Origin: Dehalococcoidia bacterium
GTDB lineage: Bacteria > Chloroflexota > Dehalococcoidia > UBA2979
Assembly (NCBI GenBank): GCA_965219085.1
Contig: OZ244720.1
Span: 2,112,001-2,176,000, forward strand
Length of the DNA stretch: 64,000 nucleotides
Direction: 5' to 3'
Both the position numbers and the translations under genes were made by a program. The notes below the pieces were generated by a model. The model was not told the origin of the DNA, did not search any database, and was given only the letters and a program-made list of their open reading frames with translations. Each line of letters begins with the position of its first letter. The stretch's first letter is position 1. This document shows, one piece after another, positions 30,877 to 39,267 of the stretch.

Positions 30877-31425
30877 TCAACCGGACGGCTCCAGCAGCAC
30901 GGCGGCCCCCGTCGCCAGGAGGTCCATCAACCGCTCCGCCGTCGCGTACGCATCCACGTCGCCGGAGGTGTCGAGGACCGCGCCCGGCAGGGCGCCCGCC
31001 TCGGCCTCCGCGACGAAGCGGGCGTGCACCTCGCGCACGCGAGCGGCGTCGTTGCGGCCCGCGTCGCGCGTGAGTGTCGTCTCCACGTCGGGGAGCAGCG
31101 TCACCACCTGCACGAGCGCGTCGACGCCCGTGAGGGCGTCGTGGTACGCGGCGAGGTCGTCGGCGAACGCCACGTCGTCGATCACGACGGCGTAGCGAGC
31201 GGCGATGGTCTCGCGTGTGATGACGGAGGCGTTGCGGGTGGCGAGGAGGCGCTGCTCGTCCCACTGCGCGTCGCCCGCCCACGGGTGGCGGTAGCCCGCG
31301 CACACCCACTGGCGCAGCGTGTCCACCTCGATGCGCAGCATGCGGTCGTAGCGCTCGGCGACCGCGAACGTGAGCGAGGTCTTGCCCGCGCCCGGCGGCC
31401 CGTTGATGACGAGGACCTGGTTCAC
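30877..31425 (-). CDS. P-loop nucleotide kinase-like (AAA_33-type) protein
   Basis: INGPPGAGKT Walker A, VIDD, R...R lid; overlaps nadC stop. Confidence 0.8.
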   Translation of the reverse strand: MNQVLVINGPPGAGKTSLTFAVAERYDRMLRIEVDTLRQWVCAGYRHPWAGDAQWDEQRLLATRNASVITRETIAARYAVVIDDVAFADDLAAYHDALTGVDALVQVVTLLPDVETTLTRDAGRNDAARVREVHARFVAEAEAGALPGAVLDTSGDVDAYATAERLMDLLATGAAVLLEPSG

Positions 31426-32306
31426 GCCTCGCCTCCCACCGGCTCGATCCGCAGCGAGATGTCGAGCGCGGGCGCGGAGTGCGTGAGCGCCCCGACCGAG
31501 ATGAGATGCACGCCTGTCGCGGCCACCTCGCGCACCGTGTCGAGCGTGATGCCGCCCGATGCCTCGAGGATCACGCGGTCGCCGATCTCGGCCGCGACGG
31601 CCGCCATCTCCGCCGACGTCATGTTGTCCAGCAAGATCGCGTCCACGCTGGCGTCGAGGGCCGCCCGTGCCATCTCGGCATCCGGCACCTCGACCTCGAT
31701 GCGCTGCGTGTGCGGCGCGGCGCGCCGCGCCTCGGCGACGAGCTGCGCGAGGCCGAGGCCGCGCTGCGCGCCCGCCTCGAGGTGGTTGTCCTTGATCAGG
31801 ATGCCGTCGGCGAGCGTGTCGCGGTGGTTGCGCGCGCCGCCGACACGCACCGCGTAGCGCTCCAGCTCGCGCAGCCCCGGGGTGGTCTTGCGGGTGTCCG
31901 TGATCTCCGCCGCGCCGCCCTCGGCGGCCCGTTCGACGAACGCGCGGGTCATCGTGGCCGTGCCGCTCATCCGCTGCAGCAGGTTCAGGGCCACGCGCTC
32001 GCCCGAGAGCAGCGCCGCGAGGGGCCCGGCCACCTCGGCGACCACGTCGCCGGCCTCGATCGATGCGCCGTCTGCGGCATGCGCCGTGAGCGCGAGGTCG
32101 GCGCTCATCTGCGCGAACGTCTCACGCACGATGTCGAGCCCGCACACCACACCGCGCTGCTTGGCGAGGAAGGTGCCGCGCCCGCGCTGGCCGGGGGCCA
32201 CCGTGATGCGCGTCGTCACATCCTGGCGGGCGCGGTCCTCCGCGAGCGCCATCTGCACGACGCGCCGCACAGCGTCCGGGTCGGGGGGTGCGATGTGCAG
32301 CTCCAT
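31422..32306 (-). CDS. nadC: Quinolinate phosphoribosyltransferase
   Basis: DTRKTTPG.R, IKDNH, ILLDNM, EASGG. Confidence 0.97.
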   Translation of the reverse strand: MELHIAPPDPDAVRRVVQMALAEDRARQDVTTRITVAPGQRGRGTFLAKQRGVVCGLDIVRETFAQMSADLALTAHAADGASIEAGDVVAEVAGPLAALLSGERVALNLLQRMSGTATMTRAFVERAAEGGAAEITDTRKTTPGLRELERYAVRVGGARNHRDTLADGILIKDNHLEAGAQRGLGLAQLVAEARRAAPHTQRIEVEVPDAEMARAALDASVDAILLDNMTSAEMAAVAAEIGDRVILEASGGITLDTVREVAATGVHLISVGALTHSAPALDISLRIEPVGGEA

Positions 32307-32326
32307 GTCTCGCCTCGCTACTCGTC

Positions 32327-33895
32327 CTACTCCCCGGTGCGGAACACGAGGTGGCGACGCCACGCCTCGAGCGGTTCCGGGAAGTCGCGCCGGTAGTGCG
32401 CGCCGCGCGACTCCTCGCGCAGCAGCGCGGCCGACGCCGCCAGTCGCCCGCACGTGATGAACGAGCGCAACTCGTGGTCCTCGCGCGTGCGCTCAGCGGG
32501 CAGCGCCGCGTCGAACGCCGCGAGCCGCGCCGCGGCGTCGGCGAGCCCTTCGGCGTCGCGCTCGATGCCGACCTGCGCCCACATCAGGCGCTGTACGGCC
32601 TCGCGCGTCGGCGGCTCCGTCGACGCCCCCGCGGTGGGGGCCAGCGTGCGCGCATCGGGCGAGGGCGCGGGCGGTCCCTCGCCGCCGTGACCGGCGAACA
32701 GCATGTCGGAGAGGCGGCGCGCGAAGACGACGGACTCAAGCAGGGAGTTGCTGGCGAGACGGTTCGCGCCGTGTACGCCCGTCGAGGTCACCTCGCCGAC
32801 GGCGTACAGCCCCGGCAGCGTGGTCTCGCCCCACGTGTTCGTGCGCACGCCGCCCATGGTGTAGTGCGCGGCGGGCGAGACGGGGATCGGGTCGCGCGCC
32901 ATGTCGATGCCCGACTCCATGCACGTGCGATAGATGTTCGGGAAGCGCGCAGCGAGCCAGTCGGCGTCGTGTGCGGTCGCGTCGAGGTAGACGCAGTCGG
33001 CGGCCGTCGCTCGCATCCGCGCCACCGCCGCGCGCGCAACCACGTTGCGCGGCGCGAGTTCGGCCTGCGGGTGTATCGCGCGCATGAACCGCTCGCCGTT
33101 GGCGTCGAGGAGCAGCGCGCCCTCGCCGCGCACGGCCTCCGAGATGAGGAACACGGGCGCGTCCGGGCGGTGCATCGCCGTCGGGTGGAACTGCGTGAAT
33201 TCCATGTCACGCACCTCGGCCCCCGCGCGGAACGCGAGGGCCACGCCGTCGCCGGTTGCGGACTCGATGTTCGTGGTGAAGCGGTAGAGGCGGCCCGCGC
33301 CGCCCGTGGCGAGCACGACGTTCGGCGACTCGCAGCGCAAGGCTGCGCCGTCACCGAGCATCGCCTCGACGCCCATTGCCCGGCCGTCCTCGACGAGGAT
33401 GCGCTCGACGGGCGCGTGCTCGATCACGGTGATGCCGTGGCGCTGCACGAGCGAGGACAGCGACAGCTCGATCTCGAGGCCCGTCTGGTCGCCGCGCGCG
33501 CGCAGCACGCGGCGGCCGGCGTGTGCCCCCTCGCGGCCGAGCGAGATGCTCCCGCCGTCGGTATCGAAGCGCACGCCGTAGCGCACGAGGTCTGCGACGC
33601 GGCCAGGCGCCTCGGTGCAGAGCACGCGCGCGGCCGCCTCGTCGACGAGGCCGGCGCCAGCCTCGATGGTGTCGCGGAGGTGCTGCTCGGGGGAGTCGTG
33701 CTCGTCGATGGCGGCGGCGATGCCGCCCTGGGCGTAGCGCGTGTTCGCCTCGTCGATCGCGCCCTTGGTGACGATCACCGCGCTCGCGCCGCGCTCGCTC
33801 GCCTGCAGCGCGACGAAGAGCCCGGCGATGCCGGACCCCACGATGAGCACGTCGGCGCTCAGCGTGCGGGCGGCGGGCGTCTCCGGGTCGGGCAC
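32327..33895 (-). CDS. nadB: L-aspartate oxidase
   Basis: [43 protein letters not shown]. Confidence 0.96.
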   Translation of the reverse strand: MPDPETPAARTLSADVLIVGSGIAGLFVALQASERGASAVIVTKGAIDEANTRYAQGGIAAAIDEHDSPEQHLRDTIEAGAGLVDEAAARVLCTEAPGRVADLVRYGVRFDTDGGSISLGREGAHAGRRVLRARGDQTGLEIELSLSSLVQRHGITVIEHAPVERILVEDGRAMGVEAMLGDGAALRCESPNVVLATGGAGRLYRFTTNIESATGDGVALAFRAGAEVRDMEFTQFHPTAMHRPDAPVFLISEAVRGEGALLLDANGERFMRAIHPQAELAPRNVVARAAVARMRATAADCVYLDATAHDADWLAARFPNIYRTCMESGIDMARDPIPVSPAAHYTMGGVRTNTWGETTLPGLYAVGEVTSTGVHGANRLASNSLLESVVFARRLSDMLFAGHGGEGPPAPSPDARTLAPTAGASTEPPTREAVQRLMWAQVGIERDAEGLADAAARLAAFDAALPAERTREDHELRSFITCGRLAASAALLREESRGAHYRRDFPEPLEAWRRHLVFRTGE

Positions 33896-33899
33896 GTCA

Positions 33900-34337
33900 C
33901 TACTCGCCGATCTCGACGGCGGGTTCGTAGGCGCGGATCGCCTCGACGATGGCGGGCCAGTCGGCGGGCGTTTCGGCGCGGCCGCTCTGGGCGTTCACGT
34001 AAGCGTAGCGGTGCGTCATGCGCGCGACGGTCTGCCCGCTGGACGCGGCGGCGACCTCGCACTCGAACGTCAGGCGGCCCGGGCGCAGCTCCGAGCAGCG
34101 CATGCGCACGATCGCGGCGTCGTCCCAGCGCAGCGGCGCGAGGTAGCGCACCTCGCTGCTCGCCTGGAAGCGCAGCACGTCGCGGTGGCTCGGGATGCCG
34201 GCCTCGCGGTCGTACGCCTCGAGGGCGATCTCGGTGAGGGCGAGCAGCACCCCTCCGTGCACGAACGGCGTGCCGCCGAAGCTGTCGGTGTGCCGCAGCG
34301 GGAGGCGTGTCTCGAAGCGGTAGCCGGGCTCAGGCAC
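33900..34337 (-). CDS. Hot-dog-fold thioesterase family protein
   Basis: R.TD..G..VH, V.YLAPLR.DD pattern; coupled between nadA and nadB. Confidence 0.75.
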   Translation of the reverse strand: MPEPGYRFETRLPLRHTDSFGGTPFVHGGVLLALTEIALEAYDREAGIPSHRDVLRFQASSEVRYLAPLRWDDAAIVRMRCSELRPGRLTFECEVAAASSGQTVARMTHRYAYVNAQSGRAETPADWPAIVEAIRAYEPAVEIGE

Positions 34338-35547
34338 CGGCCCGGCGCAGCGCCAGCATGCGCTCGAGGGCGACCCGCGCCATCGCGCTGTCCTCCTCGG
34401 GCACCACGAGCCGGTTCACGACCCGCCCCTCGGCCAGCGACTCCGTCACCCACGCGAGGTACGCCGGGTGCACGCGGTACATCGTGCTGCACGGGCAGAC
34501 CACGGGGTCGAGGCAGAACACCGTCTTGTCGGGGTGCTCCTTCGCGAGCCGCGAGACGAGGTTGATCTCGGTGCCGATGCCGATCACCGCGCCCGCGGGC
34601 GCCTCGGCGACGTAACGCGCGATGTACGCCGTCGAGCCGGTCGCGTCGGCCGCCTCGACGACCTCGTAGCGGCACTCGGGGTGGACGACGATACGCGCGT
34701 CCGGGTACTGCTCACGCGCGGCGTCGATCTGCGTCGTGCTGAAGCGCTGGTGCACCGAGCAGTGGCCCTGCCAGAGGATGATGCGCGAGCGTTCGAGGGC
34801 CTCCTCGGTGGCGCCGCCGAGGTTGCCGGCGGGCAGCCGCCAGTTCCACAGCGTCATCTCCTCGAGCGGCACGCCCATCGCGTGGCCCGTGTTGCGGCCG
34901 AGGTGCTGGTCGGGGAAGAAGAAGACGCGCTTGCCCTGCGTGAACGCCCACTCGAGCACCTCGACGGCGTTCGACGAGGTGCAGACGACGCCGCCGTGCT
35001 CGCCGCAGAACGCCTTCAGCGAGGCGGCCGAGTTCATGTAGGTGACGGGGATGATGTCGTCGCCGCTGCCGAAGAGGTCCTCGAGCTCGCGCCAGGCGGC
35101 GCGCACGTCGCCGGGCGCGGCCATGTCGGCCATCGAGCAGCCGGCCTCCATGTTGGGCAGCACGACCTGCTGGTGTGGCGCCGAGAGGATGTCGGCGGCC
35201 TCGGCCATGAAGTGCACTCCGCAGAAGATGATGAATTCGGACTCCGGCCGCTCCGCCGCGTACTGCGCGAGCATGAACGAGTCGCCGCGCTCGTCGGCGA
35301 ACCGGATGATGTCCTCGCGCTGGTAGTGGTGCCCGAGCACGACCGCGCGATCGCCGAGGGCCGCACGGGCGGCCTCGATGCGCGCGACGAGCTCCTCGGA
35401 GCCGAGCGCGTGGTACGCGTCGGGGATGTCGAGCTGCCAGGAGCCGAACGAGACCTCGCTGGTCAGCGGGATCGTGTCGATGCCGACGTCGGACTCGCAC
35501 TGGAGCTGCGCGATGAGGGGGGTTCCGGGGGCGATGGTGGTCACCAT
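34330..35547 (-). CDS. nadA: Quinolinate synthase
   Basis: LGHHYQ, FCGVHFMAE, AGCSMADM, CTSSNA, GHCSVH, HPEC, CPCSTM. Confidence 0.97.
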   Translation of the reverse strand: MVTTIAPGTPLIAQLQCESDVGIDTIPLTSEVSFGSWQLDIPDAYHALGSEELVARIEAARAALGDRAVVLGHHYQREDIIRFADERGDSFMLAQYAAERPESEFIIFCGVHFMAEAADILSAPHQQVVLPNMEAGCSMADMAAPGDVRAAWRELEDLFGSGDDIIPVTYMNSAASLKAFCGEHGGVVCTSSNAVEVLEWAFTQGKRVFFFPDQHLGRNTGHAMGVPLEEMTLWNWRLPAGNLGGATEEALERSRIILWQGHCSVHQRFSTTQIDAAREQYPDARIVVHPECRYEVVEAADATGSTAYIARYVAEAPAGAVIGIGTEINLVSRLAKEHPDKTVFCLDPVVCPCSTMYRVHPAYLAWVTESLAEGRVVNRLVVPEEDSAMARVALERMLALRRAGA

Positions 35548-35608
35548 AACGAGGTCCTATCGCCGGTACGGCGATGGCGCGACCCGGGCGCGGCAGCCAT
35601 CCGGCATA

Positions 35609-35631
35609 CTTAGTGTACTGAGTACGCTAAG
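35609..35631. promoter_or_regulatory. NrtR-type operator upstream of nadA
   Basis: CTTAGTGTACT-G-AGTACGCTAAG inverted repeat (one mismatch) with GT-N7-AC core; nrtR gene nearby. Confidence 0.75.
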
Positions 35632-35704
35632 ACTTCGTGTACATCGTACGCCTACACGCGCAGGGGCGTCAACGATCCGGGGAGCGCGACGGGTCGAGCC
35701 AGCG

Positions 35705-35995
35705 CTACGCGCGCGCGGCAGCGGTGGGTAGCTCGCGGACGGCCGCGCCCACCGACCGGTCAGCGGCGGCGAGGTCGAACTGAGTCTGGAGATTCAGCCA
35801 GAACTGGGGATCGACGCCGAACCAGTGCCCGAACCGCAGGGCGGTGTCGCCGGTCACGGTGCGCTTGCCGGCGATGATCTGGCTGATGCGGTTGGGAGGC
35901 ACATCGATCTGGCGGGCGAACTCCGTGGGGGTTACGTCGAACTCCGCGAGTTCGCCCTTGAGTACCTCGCCCGGGTGTACGGCTCTCCTGAACAC
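35705..35995 (-). CDS. higA: HigA-family antitoxin
   Basis: HPGEVL, VPPNRISQII.GKR.VT.DTALR, FWLNLQ. Confidence 0.93.
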   Translation of the reverse strand: MFRRAVHPGEVLKGELAEFDVTPTEFARQIDVPPNRISQIIAGKRTVTGDTALRFGHWFGVDPQFWLNLQTQFDLAAADRSVGAAVRELPTAAARA

Positions 35996-36010
35996 CGATT
36001 CACCTCTTCC

Positions 36011-36295
36011 CTAATGGTAGTCGACGATCTCGACATCCGCCGGACCCGGTTGCCCATCGGGCCACGTGAAGCAGATGCGCCACTGCTGGTTGATCCGAAT
36101 CGAGTACTGCCCTGCCCTTGTGCCCCGCAGCGCCTCAAGGCGATTGCTCGGCAGGCCCCGCAACGTGTCCAACGAGGGTGCGGCATTCAGGATGGAGAGG
36201 CGCCTCGCTGCTTGTTCGTTGAATCCCTGGAATGCCGCGACGAACGCACCACCGGCAAACGATTCGGTCCGCCTGTTCCGGTAGCCGAGAATCAT
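36011..36295 (-). CDS. higB: HigB-family toxin
   Basis: PSNRLEAL.G.R.GQYSIRINQQWRICF.W...VEIVDYH. Confidence 0.94.
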   Translation of the reverse strand: MILGYRNRRTESFAGGAFVAAFQGFNEQAARRLSILNAAPSLDTLRGLPSNRLEALRGTRAGQYSIRINQQWRICFTWPDGQPGPADVEIVDYH

Positions 36296-36470
36296 GCTGG
36301 GTTAGCGTAGGAGCGACTGACGATGTACGTCAAGCGTACATGAGTCGACTGGAGCCCTTTACCTTTTCTCTGCAGCCTGGGTAGCTTCCCGCGCAACGTG
36401 AAGCGTTCGGGCAGCGAGTTCGAGTCTGGTAGACTTAGCCCACTGGATCGGACTAATGCAGGAGACGGCC

Positions 36471-36710
36471 GTGCGCGTAGTCAATATGCATGAAGCCAAG
36501 TCGCAACTCTCCAAGCTCGTACAGGCCGCAGTCGACGGCGAGCCCTTCGTCATCGCGCGCGCCGGCGAGCCGCTCGTCAAGGTCGTCGCACTTGATGCCC
36601 CGACGACCGGCGGACGCCGAACCGGGTTCCTGCGCGGCTTCCTGGTGCCGGACGACTTCGACCGGATGGGCGCCGACGAGATCCAGGCGACGTTCGAGGG
36701 GCGCTCGTGA
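36471..36710 (+). CDS. Phd/YefM-family antitoxin
   Basis: VNMHEAKSQLS.LV..A..GE...IARAG.P.VK; GTG after AGGAG. Confidence 0.92.
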   Translation: MRVVNMHEAKSQLSKLVQAAVDGEPFVIARAGEPLVKVVALDAPTTGGRRTGFLRGFLVPDDFDRMGADEIQATFEGRS

Positions 36711-37021
36711 GGCTTCTGCTCGACACGCACCTCCTGCTCTGGGCTGCCGCCGCGTCGCTATGGGAGGTCGCCATCAAGTTCGGGCTGACGCGCGACGACT
36801 TCACCGTCGACCCGCGACTGCTGCGCCGGGCGCTGCTGGAGCACGGGTATACCGAATTGGCCGTCACGGGCGCTCACGCCGTGGCCGTCGACCTGCTGCC
36901 GCCCATTCACGGCGACCCGTTCGACCGGCTCCTCGTCGCGCAGGCACAGATCGAGGCGATCACGCTGCTCACTGCGGATGGAATCGTCGGGCGCTATCCG
37001 GGTCCTATCCGAATGGTCTGA
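36707..37021 (+). CDS. vapC: VapC PIN toxin, apparently internally deleted
   Basis: LLLDTH.LLW directly joined to ASLWE; H.DPFDRLL.AQA. Confidence 0.8.
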   Translation: MRLLLDTHLLLWAAAASLWEVAIKFGLTRDDFTVDPRLLRRALLEHGYTELAVTGAHAVAVDLLPPIHGDPFDRLLVAQAQIEAITLLTADGIVGRYPGPIRMV

Positions 37022-37048
37022 ACGCCGGGCCCCCGGCGGAGCCACTCC

Positions 37049-37720
37049 CTACAGGAAGACCGGCTCGCGCGTGGTGAAGCGGTAGAGCCGCGCCGGCCGG
37101 TGCGCGCCCTCGCGACGCACCTCGTCGGTGGGCTCGATCATGACGTTGCCGAGCATGCGCTTGCGGAAGTTGCGACGGTCGAGGCCCTCCCCGCCGAGGA
37201 TCGCCTCGTACGTCGCCTGCAGCTCGCGCAGCGTGAAGCGCTCGGGCAGCAGCCCGTAGGCGATGTTCGTGTAGTCCAGCTTCGCGCGGACGCGCTCGAC
37301 GGCCTGTTCGATCACGCGGTTGTTCTCGAACGCCAGTCGCGGCAGCTCGCCGACGGGGCGCCAGTCGGGACGCCACGCGTCGCCCGGCTCGGCGCGCAGC
37401 CGCACGGCGCTCGCGTCGACGAGGGCGAAGTAGGCGATCGCCACGCTCGGCTGGGTGGGGTCGAGCCCGGACTGCGTGAAGAGCTGCTCGAGGTACACGT
37501 CGCTTGCGCCGGTCTCCTCGACGAGCTTGGCCGCCGCGGCCGCGTCGAGCGACTGGCTGCCATCCCAGTGCCCGCCGGGGAGCGCCCACGTGCCCGCCTC
37601 GGGATCCGCGTCGCGGTGCACGAGCAGCACCTGCAGGCGACCCTCGATGATCGCGAAGATCACGACGATCGTGGCCACGGCCGGCGTGTCGGGCGGCGTC
37701 GGATGCTGGGGGGCGGGCAC
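37049..37720 (-). CDS. nrtR: NrtR-family regulator (Nudix + winged HTH)
   Basis: WALPGG Nudix, YLEQL.T, FTLRELQ..YE.ILG, RRNFRK, RPARLYRF. Confidence 0.9.
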   Translation of the reverse strand: MPAPQHPTPPDTPAVATIVVIFAIIEGRLQVLLVHRDADPEAGTWALPGGHWDGSQSLDAAAAAKLVEETGASDVYLEQLFTQSGLDPTQPSVAIAYFALVDASAVRLRAEPGDAWRPDWRPVGELPRLAFENNRVIEQAVERVRAKLDYTNIAYGLLPERFTLRELQATYEAILGGEGLDRRNFRKRMLGNVMIEPTDEVRREGAHRPARLYRFTTREPVFL

Positions 37721-37734
37721 GGTGCGTCTACCCG

Positions 37735-39081
37735 CTAGAGCACCGTGAGCGGCACGTCGCCGAAGCGGTGCGCCGCCGCGCGGCTGCCGCGCAGCGACCA
37801 CGGCGTGGCCTCGGCGATGGCCACGTCGACGAGCGAGCCGACGAGGTCCTGCCCCGCGAAGTGCACGAGCTGCCCGCCGCGCGCGCGGCCCGTGGCGACC
37901 ATCACGCCGTCGCGGTCCTGCTCGCGCTCCACGAGCACATCGAGGGTGCGGCCGATGAGGCGGTCGTGCTTCGCGGCGGCACTCCGGGCGTGGATCGCCT
38001 CGACGACCTTGAGGCGCTCCTTCTTGACCTCGCGCGGCACGTCGTCCTCGAGCTTGCGGTACGCGTACGTGCCCGGCCGCGGCGAGTAGGCAGCGGCGTG
38101 GATCACGTCGAACTGCAGCCGCTCGAGCAGGTCGACGGTGCTCTGGAACTCGCCCGCGGTCTCGCCGGGGCAGCCGACGATCACGTCCGTGGCGATCGAG
38201 GCCTCCGGCATGCGCGAGCGAATGCGATCAAGGCGCTCCTCGTACTCGGCGACGGTGTAGCCGCGCCGCATCCGCTCGAGCATGCGGTCGTCGCCGGACT
38301 GCACGGGGATGTTGAAGTGCTCGCAGACCTTCGGCAGGTCCGCGACGGCGTCGATGATGCGGTCGGTCATGTCCTTCGGGTACGAGGTCAGGAAGCGCAC
38401 GCGCTCGATGCCGTCGACCTCCTCGATGCCCTCGAACAGCGTGGCGAGGTCGGCGTCGGCGTCGAGGTCGTGGCCGTAGGCCTCGACGGTCTGCCCGAGC
38501 AGGGTCACCTCGCGCACGCCGAGCATGGCAAGGTGCCGCACCTCGGCGAGCACGTCGCCCGGCTCGCGCGACTCCTCGCGGCCCCGGCGCAGCGGGACGA
38601 TGCAGTAGGTGCAGAACTTGTCGCAGCCGTGGATCACGGGCACGAACGCGGTCGGGCCCGTCGGCGCGCCGTAGGTCTCGACCCAGAACTCGCCCTCGGA
38701 GACGTCACGCTCGCCGCCGCCGCGTTCCAGCGCCGCGTCGAGCACGGGCTCGAACTGCTGGGGCCGCGCCCACACGTCGACCCACGGGAAGCGTCGTTCG
38801 AGGGCTGCGCGTTGCGAGTCGCCCTCGGGGCCGACCATGCAGCCCATGACGGCGATCTGCAGCTCCTCGCCGCGGTCGCGGCGCTGCCGGAGGTGGTGGA
38901 GCCGCCCGTAGGCGCGGTCCTCGGCGTGCTGGCGCACGGAGCACGTGTTGACGACGGCGAGGTCGGCGCGGTCGGGGTCGTCGGCGGCGGCGTACCCGAT
39001 CTTCTCGAGCCCGGCGATGAGCTTGAGGGAGTCGGCCTGGTTCATCTGGCAGCCGAGGGTCCACACATGGTAGGTCGGCAC
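37735..39081 (-). CDS. miaB: tRNA ms2i6A37 methylthiotransferase
   Basis: GCQMN.ADS, NTCSVR, CDKFCTYC radical SAM, YSPRPGT, TRAM domain. Confidence 0.95.
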   Translation of the reverse strand: MPTYHVWTLGCQMNQADSLKLIAGLEKIGYAAADDPDRADLAVVNTCSVRQHAEDRAYGRLHHLRQRRDRGEELQIAVMGCMVGPEGDSQRAALERRFPWVDVWARPQQFEPVLDAALERGGGERDVSEGEFWVETYGAPTGPTAFVPVIHGCDKFCTYCIVPLRRGREESREPGDVLAEVRHLAMLGVREVTLLGQTVEAYGHDLDADADLATLFEGIEEVDGIERVRFLTSYPKDMTDRIIDAVADLPKVCEHFNIPVQSGDDRMLERMRRGYTVAEYEERLDRIRSRMPEASIATDVIVGCPGETAGEFQSTVDLLERLQFDVIHAAAYSPRPGTYAYRKLEDDVPREVKKERLKVVEAIHARSAAAKHDRLIGRTLDVLVEREQDRDGVMVATGRARGGQLVHFAGQDLVGSLVDVAIAEATPWSLRGSRAAAHRFGDVPLTVL

Positions 39082-39125
39082 GGGTCGCCCCTCGATTGGC
39101 CCTCGATGGTAGTGCGGGTTGTTGC

Positions 39126-39214
39126 TGGCGGAGGGGGCGGGATTCGAACCCGCGATCCCGAGAAGGGATAAGCGCTTAGCAGGCGCCCGCACTAGGCCAC
39201 TATGCGACCCCTCC
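39126..39214 (-). tRNA. tRNA-Ser(GCT)
   Basis: GGAGGGG acceptor, GGCGC-CT-GCT-AA-GCGCT anticodon arm, long variable arm, GGTTCGAATCC, encoded CCA. Confidence 0.96.
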
Positions 39215-39267
39215 GGAGAGATCGTAGGGGGGTGGGGGTCAGGCGGGCAAGCGGGGCAGTCGTGCGG

